Positions 1-8,723 of a stretch of DNA of 64,000 nt are shown here, in pieces. Under the pieces are notes generated by a model. It was given only the letters and a program-made list of their open reading frames with translations, did no database searches and had not been told where the DNA came from. The stretch is taken from contig CAIPWR010000041.1 of the NCBI GenBank assembly GCA_903868795.1, forward strand, positions 18,540 through 82,539, written 5' to 3'. The first letter of the stretch is position 1. Each line of letters starts with the position of its first letter. The DNA is from an uncultured Spartobacteria bacterium. Its GTDB lineage: Bacteria > Verrucomicrobiota > Verrucomicrobiia > Chthoniobacterales > UBA6821. The position numbers were made by a program, and so were the translations under genes.

Positions 1-1
1 G

Positions 2-715
2 GGCCTTCGGGCCGGGGATCTTGTGGTGGCCGCTAATGGCGAAAAACTCTACAGCGGAGAGGCCCTGGCAGAGCTTCTTGGCACGACCAAGGGGGCGCCA
101 GTCACGTTGACGGTTCGACGTGGTGGGGCTGACTTTCCGGTTTCCATCACGCCGCGTATCCCCGTGGGTGAAAAGAATGCCCGCCTCGGTATCCAGTGGG
201 ATCCGCGCGGCATCATCACGCTCGTTCATCCGGATCCCGTGACTCAGATCAAGTCGAGCCTATTGACCATGTGGGAGACGATTTCCGCTGTGACGGACCG
301 CCATTCCGAAATCGGTGTCCAGCAACTCAGCGGTCCCGTGGGGATCATGAGGATCTACTACTTGCTTTTCCAGAGCCCGATGGGCTGGCAGTTGGCCCTT
401 TGGTTCAGCGTGGTCCTAAACGTCAACCTGGCCGTGATGAATATGCTCCCCCTGCCCGTTCTCGACGGCGGTCATATTCTGCTCGCGATCATCGAATGGA
501 TCTGCGGCCATCCGATCCATCAGAAGACCCTTGAGATAGTCCAAACCACCTTCGCCATGCTGCTCATCGGAACCATGCTCTACATCTCCTTCTACGATGT
601 GAGTGATCTGGTTATGGGTCACAAATCTGCAGCTGTCTCCGCCGGCGACAAGGCAATGGAGACCATGACCTTCTCGCCGACCAATCCTCCGTCAGCTTCC
701 CCTGCAAAGCCATGA
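2..715 (+). CDS. rseP: RIP metalloprotease RseP (site-2 protease, M50 family), C-terminal part; 5' end is outside the window
   Basis: The frame is open from nt 2. It has a PDZ-like GLRAGDLVVAANG...VTLTVRRGG segment, then membrane helices with NLAVMNMLPLPVLDGGHIL (M50 NxxPxxxLDG motif). The stop overlaps the ispG start (ATGA at 712-715). Confidence 0.85.
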   Translation, partial: GLRAGDLVVAANGEKLYSGEALAELLGTTKGAPVTLTVRRGGADFPVSITPRIPVGEKNARLGIQWDPRGIITLVHPDPVTQIKSSLLTMWETISAVTDRHSEIGVQQLSGPVGIMRIYYLLFQSPMGWQLALWFSVVLNVNLAVMNMLPLPVLDGGHILLAIIEWICGHPIHQKTLEIVQTTFAMLLIGTMLYISFYDVSDLVMGHKSAAVSAGDKAMETMTFSPTNPPSASPAKP

Positions 716-2517
716 GTGGCGCGGGTGATGCCGCAGCCAAATCTGGAATGCCGCTGAGCTACGCGGCCGATCTCTTTTCCTACGCACGACGTCCTAGCCG
801 TGAAGTAATCGTGGGAGGTTTGGGCTTTGGTGGAGCAAATCCGATCCGTGTCCAGTCGATGATCACCAGCGACACGATGGATACCGAGGCCTGTGTCAGC
901 GAGACGCTCCGACTTGTCGAGGTGGGATGCGAGATGGTCCGGATCACGGCGCCGACCGTCAAGGATGCTGCCAATTTGAAAAACATCCGTGCAGGGCTGA
1001 ATGCACGGGGATGCAAGGTGCCTCTCGTGGCCGACATTCACTTCAAGCCGGAGGCTGCGATGGAGGCGGCACTTTGGGTCGAGAAAGTACGGATTAATCC
1101 CGGCAACTTTGCCGACTCGAAGAAATTCAATGTCCGGGATTACACAGATGTGGAGTACACGGCCGAGTTACAGCGGATTCGCGAACGCTTCACCCCGCTT
1201 GTCAGACTCTGCCAAGAGCGTGGGGTCGCACTGCGGATTGGAACCAATCATGGCTCGCTAAGCGACCGGATCATGAACCGATTTGGTGATTCACCCCTCG
1301 GCATGGTGGAGAGTGCCCTGGAGTTTGTCCGGATTGCTCGGGATCAAGATTTTCATCAGATGATCTTCTCGATGAAAGCTTCCAACCCGAAGGTTATGAT
1401 CGCCGCCTATCGGTTGCTCGTGGCGCGCCTGAATACTGAGGGGCCGGATTGGAACTATCCGATTCATCTTGGCGTGACCGAGGCGGGTGATGGTGAGGAT
1501 GGGCGCATCAAAAGCGCCATTGGCATTGGCTCACTCCTCTCCGATGGGATCGGTGACACCATCCGTGTCTCCCTGACCGAAGATAGCGAGCATGAGATCC
1601 CCGTGGCGCGTGCTTTGGTGGCTCCGTTCGGTTCCAAGGGAGATTCTGTCCCGCCGATCTCGGAGACCAAACCAACTTGGCCGCTTTTCGACTACCAGCG
1701 ACGGGTCGCTGATCGAGTCGTCATGGAGGGTATCACGAGCCAAATTGCTCTCGGTGGATCGGAAACCGTCGCGGTTGCCGTGCCTCGTCGCGTGGATGTA
1801 GCGGTCGCCCACAAGCGTGATGCGCTCGGCGACTACCAGCCGGAATTGATTCTGGAGGATTTGCGGCTCGTGGAAGTTGATCCCCTCTCGCCCGAAGAAA
1901 TCGCCGCAATAAATGCCGTGAAACACCCAAGACTCATCACGGTGCGCGATGGGGTCGCGCTGGAACCGATTGCCGCCTTTCGCTTGCTCGCAGCGCAGAT
2001 CGACAACCGTCATCCCATTCTGCTGAAGGATACACTTTCTCCCACAGCGAGTGGAGAGTTCCTCGATCATCTGCTTGCTTCAGCTACCGTTCTTGGCTCG
2101 CTCCTCTGTGATGGGATCGGCGATGCCATCCTGCTCCGTTCCGAGGAGGCTCCGGGTCAGTCGCTACGCCTTGCCTACAATATCCTTCAGGCCTCCGGCG
2201 TCCGTATTTTCAAGACCGACTACGTGGCCTGTCCCTCCTGCGGAAGAACCCTCTTCAACCTCCAGGAGACCACCTCCCGGATCAAGGCTTCGACTTCACA
2301 CCTCAAGGGAGTCCGCATTGCCGTCATGGGATGCATCGTGAATGGTCCCGGGGAGATGGCGGACGCCGATTTCGGCTATGTTGGGGGAGCTCCCGGCAAG
2401 GTGAACCTCTACGTCGGCAAGCAGCCCGTTAAATTTAATATCCCGGAAGGAGAGGCAGTCGATCGGCTGGTGGATTTGATCAAAGAGCACAACAAATGGG
2501 TTGAGCCGGTGACTTAG
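712..2517 (+). CDS. ispG: 4-hydroxy-3-methylbut-2-enyl diphosphate synthase (GcpE/IspG), long insert-containing form
   Basis: 601-aa ORF with GcpE-type N-terminal TIM-barrel region (IRVQSMITSDT, VRITAPT). The C-terminal Fe-S cysteine motifs are present (VACPSCGRT, GCIVNGPGE). The length indicates the long form with a central insert. Confidence 0.9.
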   Translation: MSGAGDAAAKSGMPLSYAADLFSYARRPSREVIVGGLGFGGANPIRVQSMITSDTMDTEACVSETLRLVEVGCEMVRITAPTVKDAANLKNIRAGLNARGCKVPLVADIHFKPEAAMEAALWVEKVRINPGNFADSKKFNVRDYTDVEYTAELQRIRERFTPLVRLCQERGVALRIGTNHGSLSDRIMNRFGDSPLGMVESALEFVRIARDQDFHQMIFSMKASNPKVMIAAYRLLVARLNTEGPDWNYPIHLGVTEAGDGEDGRIKSAIGIGSLLSDGIGDTIRVSLTEDSEHEIPVARALVAPFGSKGDSVPPISETKPTWPLFDYQRRVADRVVMEGITSQIALGGSETVAVAVPRRVDVAVAHKRDALGDYQPELILEDLRLVEVDPLSPEEIAAINAVKHPRLITVRDGVALEPIAAFRLLAAQIDNRHPILLKDTLSPTASGEFLDHLLASATVLGSLLCDGIGDAILLRSEEAPGQSLRLAYNILQASGVRIFKTDYVACPSCGRTLFNLQETTSRIKASTSHLKGVRIAVMGCIVNGPGEMADADFGYVGGAPGKVNLYVGKQPVKFNIPEGEAVDRLVDLIKEHNKWVEPVT

Positions 2518-2528
2518 AATCTCTTTCT

Positions 2529-3104
2529 CTAGAGCGAGGTTTGCAATGGTATCGGACAGATGCCTCCCGCAGGGAAAACCGGTTCCGGAGGTGGGGTGTG
2601 AAACCACGATTTGATCTCATTCATCATCCTTCGGATGTGACGGTAGGAGCGGACGCAGATCATCTTGCGGTAGCTCTTCCAGGGATTGCCCCAGTGGAGG
2701 ATTTCGATCGTGACTCGGCGCACACCCCATGCGCGCATCTCCCGCTTCGAGGGTTTGTAGAGGTCGATGGTATTCCGACCTGACAGGGCGAAGCCGTAAT
2801 CATCCACTTCGTAGATCTCTCCGGTGGCCCGGATCCGGAAGATCGTGCCACAGGGCCAACGGGCCCAATCGGCGGCTGCGCTGTTCACGACGCCATGTCG
2901 GAGAGGTGTGCCAATCGCTGTCCTCGCCCCATAGCGAAGGTGATCACTCTCACTCTGGGTATAGGCGGTGGTTCGGACTTTCTGAACCGCGGCGCGTTGG
3001 ATCGGGGGTTCGTAGGGCGGGAGTGGATGAAGACAGCCGCCCAGAAGCCATGGAAGCAGCAGGAAAAGAAATAGACGATGGTGCTTCATCAGGAGGGATT
3101 CCAA
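2529..3104 (-). CDS. 3D-domain lipoprotein (MltA/YabE-type 3D domain)
   Basis: Lipobox-like signal (LLPWLLGGC). 3D-domain pattern RTTAYTQ...GARTAIGTPLRHGVVNSAAAD...PCGTIF...YEVDDYG...IDLY. The start could instead be the internal Met at 3089. Confidence 0.75.
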   Translation of the reverse strand: MESLLMKHHRLFLFLLLPWLLGGCLHPLPPYEPPIQRAAVQKVRTTAYTQSESDHLRYGARTAIGTPLRHGVVNSAAADWARWPCGTIFRIRATGEIYEVDDYGFALSGRNTIDLYKPSKREMRAWGVRRVTIEILHWGNPWKSYRKMICVRSYRHIRRMMNEIKSWFHTPPPEPVFPAGGICPIPLQTSL

Positions 3105-3350
3105 AAAAGAATATGGAACTCAGAAACTCAGGAAACTGAAATTGATCGGAAGCATGGGATTATAATTTAAAGCTCTCTCCTCTTAGTATCATGCTTTCAA
3201 GGATCGGGTGCAATTGATGGCTCCTTTGTTCCTGCTTTCCTGAATTCCCTATTAACCCCTGCTGTTTTATGTCCTTCAGCTCTTCATGTTCCGAAATTGA
3301 TACACGGATTCCCTAGGCAGTCGGGGCGGTGATCCTTTAGAAGAGATACT

Positions 3351-4751
3351 ATGATTACCCACTTCGATCAGAAGACCAATAAGAAGGCCTTCGAGGTCAA
3401 TATGACCAAGCCTATTTACGGCACTTTTGCTGAAATCGGAGCGGGACAGGAGGTGGCTCGTAGGTTCTTCCATGTTGGCGGTGCGGCCGGAACGATCGCC
3501 AAGACGATCTCAGCTTACGACATGAGCTTCTCGGATGCGATTTACGGGAAGAGTTCCCGCTTCGTCAGTCGCCAGAGACTTGAGGAAATGCTCGACCACG
3601 AATATTCGCTGTTGATCGAGCGGCTTGATGAAAAGGTTGGGACCGAGCGTACCTTCTTCGCCTTTGCTGATACCGTCGCAGCACGTTCCTTCAAGACCAA
3701 GAATGAGTCGCATGGGTGGATGGGGATCCGCTACCAGAGTCATCCAAAAACGGCGCCTAATGATATCATTATCCACGTCCGCATGTTGGACGAAACCAAT
3801 CAGCAGCAGCAGGAAGCGCTCGGTATCGTGGGGGTGAATCTTATCCACGGAGCTTTTTTCAAGAGGAAAGACCTGAAGGCATTCGTTGCGTCGCTTCTCG
3901 ACGACCTCGACTCCACGCGCATCGAGATCGATATGATCCGATTCTCCGGTCCCGACTTCGCAATGGTGGACAATCGGATCATGTGTCTTGAGCTTGTCAC
4001 CCAGGGGCTGGCTCAAGCCGTTCTCTTCCGCGGCGACGGTGAGGTGATTCAGGCTGCCGACCTTTTCTATCACAAGCCCCTCCTCTTGGAGCGCGGAAGC
4101 TTCCGTCCTGTCACCAATGTCCACCGAAACATGATCGAGTGCGCTCATGCCATGTTCCTGATGGAGGATGAACTCAATGGTGAACAACCTGAGATCCTGC
4201 ACGAGATCACGATGATGAACCTGATGAGCAGCGGTGAACTCGATCTCCAGGACTTTCTTGATCGGGTCGACATGCTCGGTGCCTTGGGGCGCAATGTGCT
4301 GATCTCCAAGTACGGTGAGTTTTACCGGCTCGTCCAGTATCTCCGACGCTACACCGACAGACCGATCGGGCTCCCCATCGGCATTCCCAGTCTCCATGAG
4401 ATCTTCGATGAAAAATATTATGGCAATCTCGACGGCGGTATCCTTGAGGGCCTAGGGCGCCTCTTCAAGAAGGGGGTGAGAATGTATGTCTACCCGACCA
4501 AGGATGAGAAGGGACACATCATCGAGGCAGCCTCTTTCAAGGTTGATCCCGACCTGCGTGCTCTCTACGCCTATCTCTTGGAAAACCGATTCATCGTTCC
4601 GATGGCAGGCTGTAACCTCGAGTACCTTGGGATCGACTCGGCAAAGACCATAGCCAAGCTACAAAACGGCGATCCGGAATGGGAAAAGATGGTCCCGCCG
4701 AAGGTGGTCGAGATCATCAAAAGCCGTAAGTTTTTCGGCTGGAAGGGGTGA
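3351..4751 (+). CDS. conserved-looking protein of unknown function (466 aa)
   Basis: Long ORF with coding-like composition and no competing gene. The N-terminal motif is IYGTFAEIGAGQEVARRFF. I cannot assign a family from memory. Confidence 0.7.
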   Translation: MITHFDQKTNKKAFEVNMTKPIYGTFAEIGAGQEVARRFFHVGGAAGTIAKTISAYDMSFSDAIYGKSSRFVSRQRLEEMLDHEYSLLIERLDEKVGTERTFFAFADTVAARSFKTKNESHGWMGIRYQSHPKTAPNDIIIHVRMLDETNQQQQEALGIVGVNLIHGAFFKRKDLKAFVASLLDDLDSTRIEIDMIRFSGPDFAMVDNRIMCLELVTQGLAQAVLFRGDGEVIQAADLFYHKPLLLERGSFRPVTNVHRNMIECAHAMFLMEDELNGEQPEILHEITMMNLMSSGELDLQDFLDRVDMLGALGRNVLISKYGEFYRLVQYLRRYTDRPIGLPIGIPSLHEIFDEKYYGNLDGGILEGLGRLFKKGVRMYVYPTKDEKGHIIEAASFKVDPDLRALYAYLLENRFIVPMAGCNLEYLGIDSAKTIAKLQNGDPEWEKMVPPKVVEIIKSRKFFGWKG

Positions 4752-4770
4752 CGGGGGGAAAAGTGGAAAA

Positions 4771-5043
4771 GTTAAAACGTTAGAAAATTAAAAGGGTAAA
4801 TTCGGAATTTGCGATAACGCTGGCAAAAACGAAGGCGTGGCGATCATCGGTATGCCACTCGGCATTCAGTTAAAAATGTTAAAAGGTTAGAGGGGTAAAA
4901 GGGGGCCTCTAACTCTTCGAACCACAGTGTAACGTTTCAACATTCTAACCCTTTTAACATTGTAACAATTTTAACGATCTCTGAGGTCACCATCCAGGTG
5001 AAGCACCCAAAACTGTTGACTACACGCTATCGCATAATCCGGG
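4771..5043. repeat. Composite AT-rich intergenic element, copy A: inverted arrays of GTT/AAC words phased 8-9 bp, plus a conserved tail
   Basis: GTT/GTA words at 4771, 4779, 4796 and at 4869, 4878, 4886, 4895. Inverted AAC words at 4931, 4939, 4947, 4956, 4964, 4973. The segment 4949-5043 is about 85 percent identical by hand alignment to 24217-24320. Confidence 0.7.
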
Positions 5044-5062
5044 TTTAACCCACAACGCTCCC

Positions 5063-5836
5063 TTATTTCACAATGCCCCGTTCACTGGAGGCGATGAAAT
5101 CTGCCAGATAGCGCACCAGTTCGGAATCGGGGAACTGGGAGCGAAGTGATTCCAGTCCTTGGGTGGTGTTGAGATTGCTACGGAAGATCACCTTGTAGGC
5201 TTCGCGAAGTTCGCGGATCGCATCATGTGAGAACCCGCGCCGCTCAAGACCCACGTGGTTCACTCCACGAATCTCTGCGGGATTCCCATCGGCGATCAGG
5301 AAAGGAGGTACGTCCTGCACAATCTTGGTGCACCCCCCCACGATGGCATGGGCCCCGATGCGGCAGAACTGATGGACGCCGCTAAGGCCGCCGATCACGG
5401 CATGGTCACCGACAACAACATGGCCGGCCAGGGTGCCGTTATTGGAAAAAACCACATCGTCTCCAACCACGCAGTCATGGGCGATGTGGGAGTAGGCGAG
5501 GAAGTTGCCTCGGCTGCCGACACGCGTGACCCCACCCGTTGCGGTGGCGCGGTGAACGGTTGAAAACTCGCGGAAACAGTTGTTGTCACCAATCTCGAGA
5601 TAAGTCGGCTCGGCCTCGTACTTGAGATCCTGACTGCGATGGCCGATGCACGAGTAGGGATAGAAGGTGTTGCCGTCACCGATCTTCGTGGGTCCTGCGA
5701 TCGTCACATGGGCGCGCAACCGGCACTCCTCACCGATGACTACGCCGGCGCCGATGATGCAATAAGGACCGACAGTGCTTGTTTGGCCGATTTTGGCCGT
5801 CGTGTCGATGATGGCTGTGGGATGAATGCGTGCCAC
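5063..5836 (-). CDS. lpxA: acyl-ACP--UDP-N-acetylglucosamine O-acyltransferase
   Basis: 257 aa, MARIHPTAIID start, hexapeptide-repeat beta-helix followed by the LpxA-type helical C-terminus. It lies directly downstream of lpxC/fabZ. Confidence 0.9.
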   Translation of the reverse strand: MARIHPTAIIDTTAKIGQTSTVGPYCIIGAGVVIGEECRLRAHVTIAGPTKIGDGNTFYPYSCIGHRSQDLKYEAEPTYLEIGDNNCFREFSTVHRATATGGVTRVGSRGNFLAYSHIAHDCVVGDDVVFSNNGTLAGHVVVGDHAVIGGLSGVHQFCRIGAHAIVGGCTKIVQDVPPFLIADGNPAEIRGVNHVGLERRGFSHDAIRELREAYKVIFRSNLNTTQGLESLRSQFPDSELVRYLADFIASSERGIVK

Positions 5837-5845
5837 GACGGACTC

Positions 5846-7150
5846 CTATTTGTTGATGATGCCAAAGAGGAGCACTCCTTCGCTCACCACATCGCCGTTC
5901 ACGACGCACTTGCAGGAAGCCTTTCCCAGATTCCTGCGGGCCTTAAGCATCTCGACATGGATGAAGAGGGTATCGCCGGGGAAGACGGGTTTGCGGAACT
6001 TCACCTCGTCGGCACTCATGAAATAGCCGATTTTTCCGGTATTCTCGGTCTTCCTCATCATCACGATCGAGGCGACTTGAGCCATGGCCTCCACTTGCAG
6101 GACGCCCGGCATGACAGGGTGTCCGGGAAAGTGGCCTTGGAAGTATGGCTCGTTGATCGAGACAGACTTCACGCCGACAGCCTTGGTTTCGCCGTCGAAC
6201 TCCACCACGCGGTCGACCATGAGGAAGGGGTAGCGGTGAGGCAGGACACGCATCACCTCGTTGATATCCATTACGGGTGCCGAAGAGGTCACCGGGGTGG
6301 GGGCCATGGCCAGGAGATCCTGATGGCGCTTGGCGATCGCGCGCGCGAGTTCGGTATTCGGCCCGTGGCCTGGGCGGACAGCAACGACATGTCCCCGCAG
6401 AGGACGTCCTGCAAGGGCAAGATCACCGATGATATCGAGGATCTTATGACGAACGAACTCGTCGGCAAACCGGAGCGGTTCCTTGCTCAAAACAGATTCC
6501 CCTCGGATGACGAGGGCATTCTCCAGACTGCCGCCCTTGATGAGGCCTTTATCCATGAGATCCTTCACATCCTCGTAGTGGACGAAGGTGCGGGCTGGTG
6601 CGATTTCCCGGGCGTAGACCTCGGGAGTGATCTCCACGGAGAGGTATTGGGTGAAGCGGCCGTCGTGATTAGCCTGCGTGCAGGAAATCTTGAATCCCGA
6701 GTGAGGGAAGACCGACATGATGGAGCCGCCGTTGGTCTCCAAGTGAATCGGTTGACCGAGTTCGAAAGGTGCGCGGACAGACTCCTGATCGACGATACCT
6801 GCCTCCTGAATAAGGGCGACATAGGCAGCCGCGCTGCCATCGCCTATCGGGGGCTCGTTGGCGTCCATCTCGATGAGGGCATTATCGACCCCTAGGCCTG
6901 CCAAGGCGGAGAGGACATGCTCGACGGTCTGGATCTTGGCATTTCCCTGGACGAGGGTGGTGGCCCGTTCGACAGTCTTCACATGGTCGACCAAGGCGTC
7001 GACGATCGGCTCATCCGGCAGATCCGTTCTGCGGAATTTGTATCCATGGCCTGCAGGCGCGGGATGGATTGTCAGAGTGACATTGCCTCCGTTGTGCAGG
7101 GCGGCACCGCTGAGGCTGGCAGACTTGGCAAGTGTGCGCTGTAGTTCCAT
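5846..7150 (-). CDS. lpxC/fabZ: bifunctional UDP-3-O-acyl-GlcNAc deacetylase / 3-hydroxyacyl-ACP dehydratase (LpxC-FabZ fusion)
   Basis: The N-terminal LpxC region (TLAKSASLSGAALHNGG..., HVLSALAGLGVDN) is fused to a C-terminal FabZ hot-dog domain (LPHRYPFLMVDRV...EPYFQGHFPGHPVMPGVL). The start is set at MELQRT (7150); the ORF extends to 7210. Confidence 0.9.
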   Translation of the reverse strand: MELQRTLAKSASLSGAALHNGGNVTLTIHPAPAGHGYKFRRTDLPDEPIVDALVDHVKTVERATTLVQGNAKIQTVEHVLSALAGLGVDNALIEMDANEPPIGDGSAAAYVALIQEAGIVDQESVRAPFELGQPIHLETNGGSIMSVFPHSGFKISCTQANHDGRFTQYLSVEITPEVYAREIAPARTFVHYEDVKDLMDKGLIKGGSLENALVIRGESVLSKEPLRFADEFVRHKILDIIGDLALAGRPLRGHVVAVRPGHGPNTELARAIAKRHQDLLAMAPTPVTSSAPVMDINEVMRVLPHRYPFLMVDRVVEFDGETKAVGVKSVSINEPYFQGHFPGHPVMPGVLQVEAMAQVASIVMMRKTENTGKIGYFMSADEVKFRKPVFPGDTLFIHVEMLKARRNLGKASCKCVVNGDVVSEGVLLFGIINK

Positions 7151-7199
7151 GGAAAATCTTCTGTGTCTTAAGGTGTTATGAGGATGATGAGGGGACGAG

Positions 7200-7868
7200 T
7201 CAGGAGGCATCCGTCATGATGCGCCCATCTTTCATCCTGATGCGCCGGTCGGCCAGAGCCGCCACCGAATCGCTGTGAGTTACCATAATGATGGTGGTGG
7301 TGCGGCGTGAAGCAATCTTTGCAATCACCCCGAGGACTTGGGAAGCGTTTTCACTGTCCAGATTCCCCGTCGGTTCATCCGCCAGCAGGAGGGAAGGTGT
7401 ATGCACCAGCCCTCTGGCAATGGCGGCACGCTGCATCTCTCCTCCGCTGAGCTGATGGGGAAAGTGCATGGCGCGCTGAGTCATGCCGACCTCATCCAGC
7501 ATGGCGAGGGCGGTTCCACGAACATCTCCCGGTGCATCACCACGGAGCAGAAGGGGCAGCTCGACATTCTCCACGACGGTCATCGAGGGAAGCAGGTTGA
7601 AGAATTGGAAAACGATCCCGAGCTTCAGTCTCCTGTACTGGGTGAGGGTTTTGTCATCCGCATGCTCCAGATGGATCCCATCCACGATGACCTCGCCCGA
7701 GGTAGGGTGATCAAGGCCACCCAGCAGGTTAAGCAGTGTGCTTTTGCCCGAGCCACTGGCACCAGTGATGGCGAGGAATTCGCCGCGCTCGATTTCCAGG
7801 GAAACCGAGTCAAGGGCCGTGACCGGAGGGATGCCGTAGGAGCGGGAGGTTTTGACGAGTCGGATCAT
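7200..7868 (-). CDS. ABC transporter ATP-binding protein (MacB/LolD-type ATPase)
   Basis: Walker A GASGSGKST, signature LSGGEMQRAAIA, Walker B LLLADEPTGNLD. The start is set at MIRLVKT; upstream in-frame Mets reach 7943. Confidence 0.85.
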   Translation of the reverse strand: MIRLVKTSRSYGIPPVTALDSVSLEIERGEFLAITGASGSGKSTLLNLLGGLDHPTSGEVIVDGIHLEHADDKTLTQYRRLKLGIVFQFFNLLPSMTVVENVELPLLLRGDAPGDVRGTALAMLDEVGMTQRAMHFPHQLSGGEMQRAAIARGLVHTPSLLLADEPTGNLDSENASQVLGVIAKIASRRTTTIIMVTHSDSVAALADRRIRMKDGRIMTDAS

Positions 7869-7893
7869 GCCGTTCACAAATGAACTGCCAACC

Positions 7894-8673
7894 ATGTCCG
7901 AGCAAGCTTCGATACCATTCCCTCCATCCGCGGCATTCCGCATTCTGGGGGAAACTCCCGATCTGCTCGCTGTGGAGAAGCCCCCATTTTTACTCGTTCA
8001 CCCTAGCAAGCCGGGTGACCCTGTGACGCTCTGGGACAGGCTCAAGGAGCTTCTGGCCTACGAGATTGCTGGAGGAGGTCAGGTCTCGCTGATCAACAGG
8101 CTTGATCGGGAGACCAGCGGAATCGTGCTCGTGGCAAAGAATGCAGCCGCAGCCCGCTCTTGTGCCATGACGATGGCACGAGGCGAGGTGAAGAAAGAGT
8201 ACCAGGCCATTGTCACAGGTTGGCCGGCACTGGAGCAGTGGGAGATCAAGGAGCCAATCCTAAGGCTCGGCGAGGTTCAGGATTCCCGGATCTGGCTGAA
8301 GCGCGGAGTCCACCCGGACGGCGCGCCTTCGCATACGGCCTTTCGGGTCCTGAAAAGACTATCCCACCCGAAGCGAGGCCCCGTCGCTCTCATCCACTGT
8401 ATCCCTTATACCGGCAAGACCCACCAGATCAGGATCCACCTTTCCCATTCGGGACATCCCGTTGTGGGTGATAAAATCTACGGCCCCTCCGAAGAGTGCT
8501 ATCTGAAGTTCATCGAGACAGGCTGGACATCCCAGCTTGAGGAGCAGCTTTGGTTGCCGAGGCATGCGCTGCATTCCTGTTCCTTGGAGTTGAATTATCT
8601 GGGTCAGAGACTCCGTTGGGAATCACCGCTTGCGGCGGATCTGAGAGCATTTCTGATGCAATCCGGGGAATAA
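7894..8673 (+). CDS. RluA-family pseudouridine synthase
   Basis: Catalytic motif NRLDRETSGIVLVAK and a conserved C-terminal block (GKTHQIRIHLSHSGHPVVGDKIYG). The start is uncertain (7852, 7867 or 7894). Confidence 0.85.
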   Translation: MSEQASIPFPPSAAFRILGETPDLLAVEKPPFLLVHPSKPGDPVTLWDRLKELLAYEIAGGGQVSLINRLDRETSGIVLVAKNAAAARSCAMTMARGEVKKEYQAIVTGWPALEQWEIKEPILRLGEVQDSRIWLKRGVHPDGAPSHTAFRVLKRLSHPKRGPVALIHCIPYTGKTHQIRIHLSHSGHPVVGDKIYGPSEECYLKFIETGWTSQLEEQLWLPRHALHSCSLELNYLGQRLRWESPLAADLRAFLMQSGE

Positions 8674-8723
8674 AAACATACGCTTGAAGTCCCTGCGGTG
8701 ATATCGTTCAAGCCTCCCACGCC

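Noticed and set aside
5639-6895. 418-aa ORF on the plus strand
   Set aside because: It lies entirely antisense to the well-supported lpxC/fabZ and lpxA genes. The translation is low-complexity (D/H/G/A/R/L-rich) with no recognisable motif. It is a typical shadow ORF of a GC-rich coding strand.
5846-7150. LpxC-FabZ fusion considered as a novelty
   Set aside because: This bifunctional architecture is already known in several Gram-negative phyla. It is recorded as a feature only.
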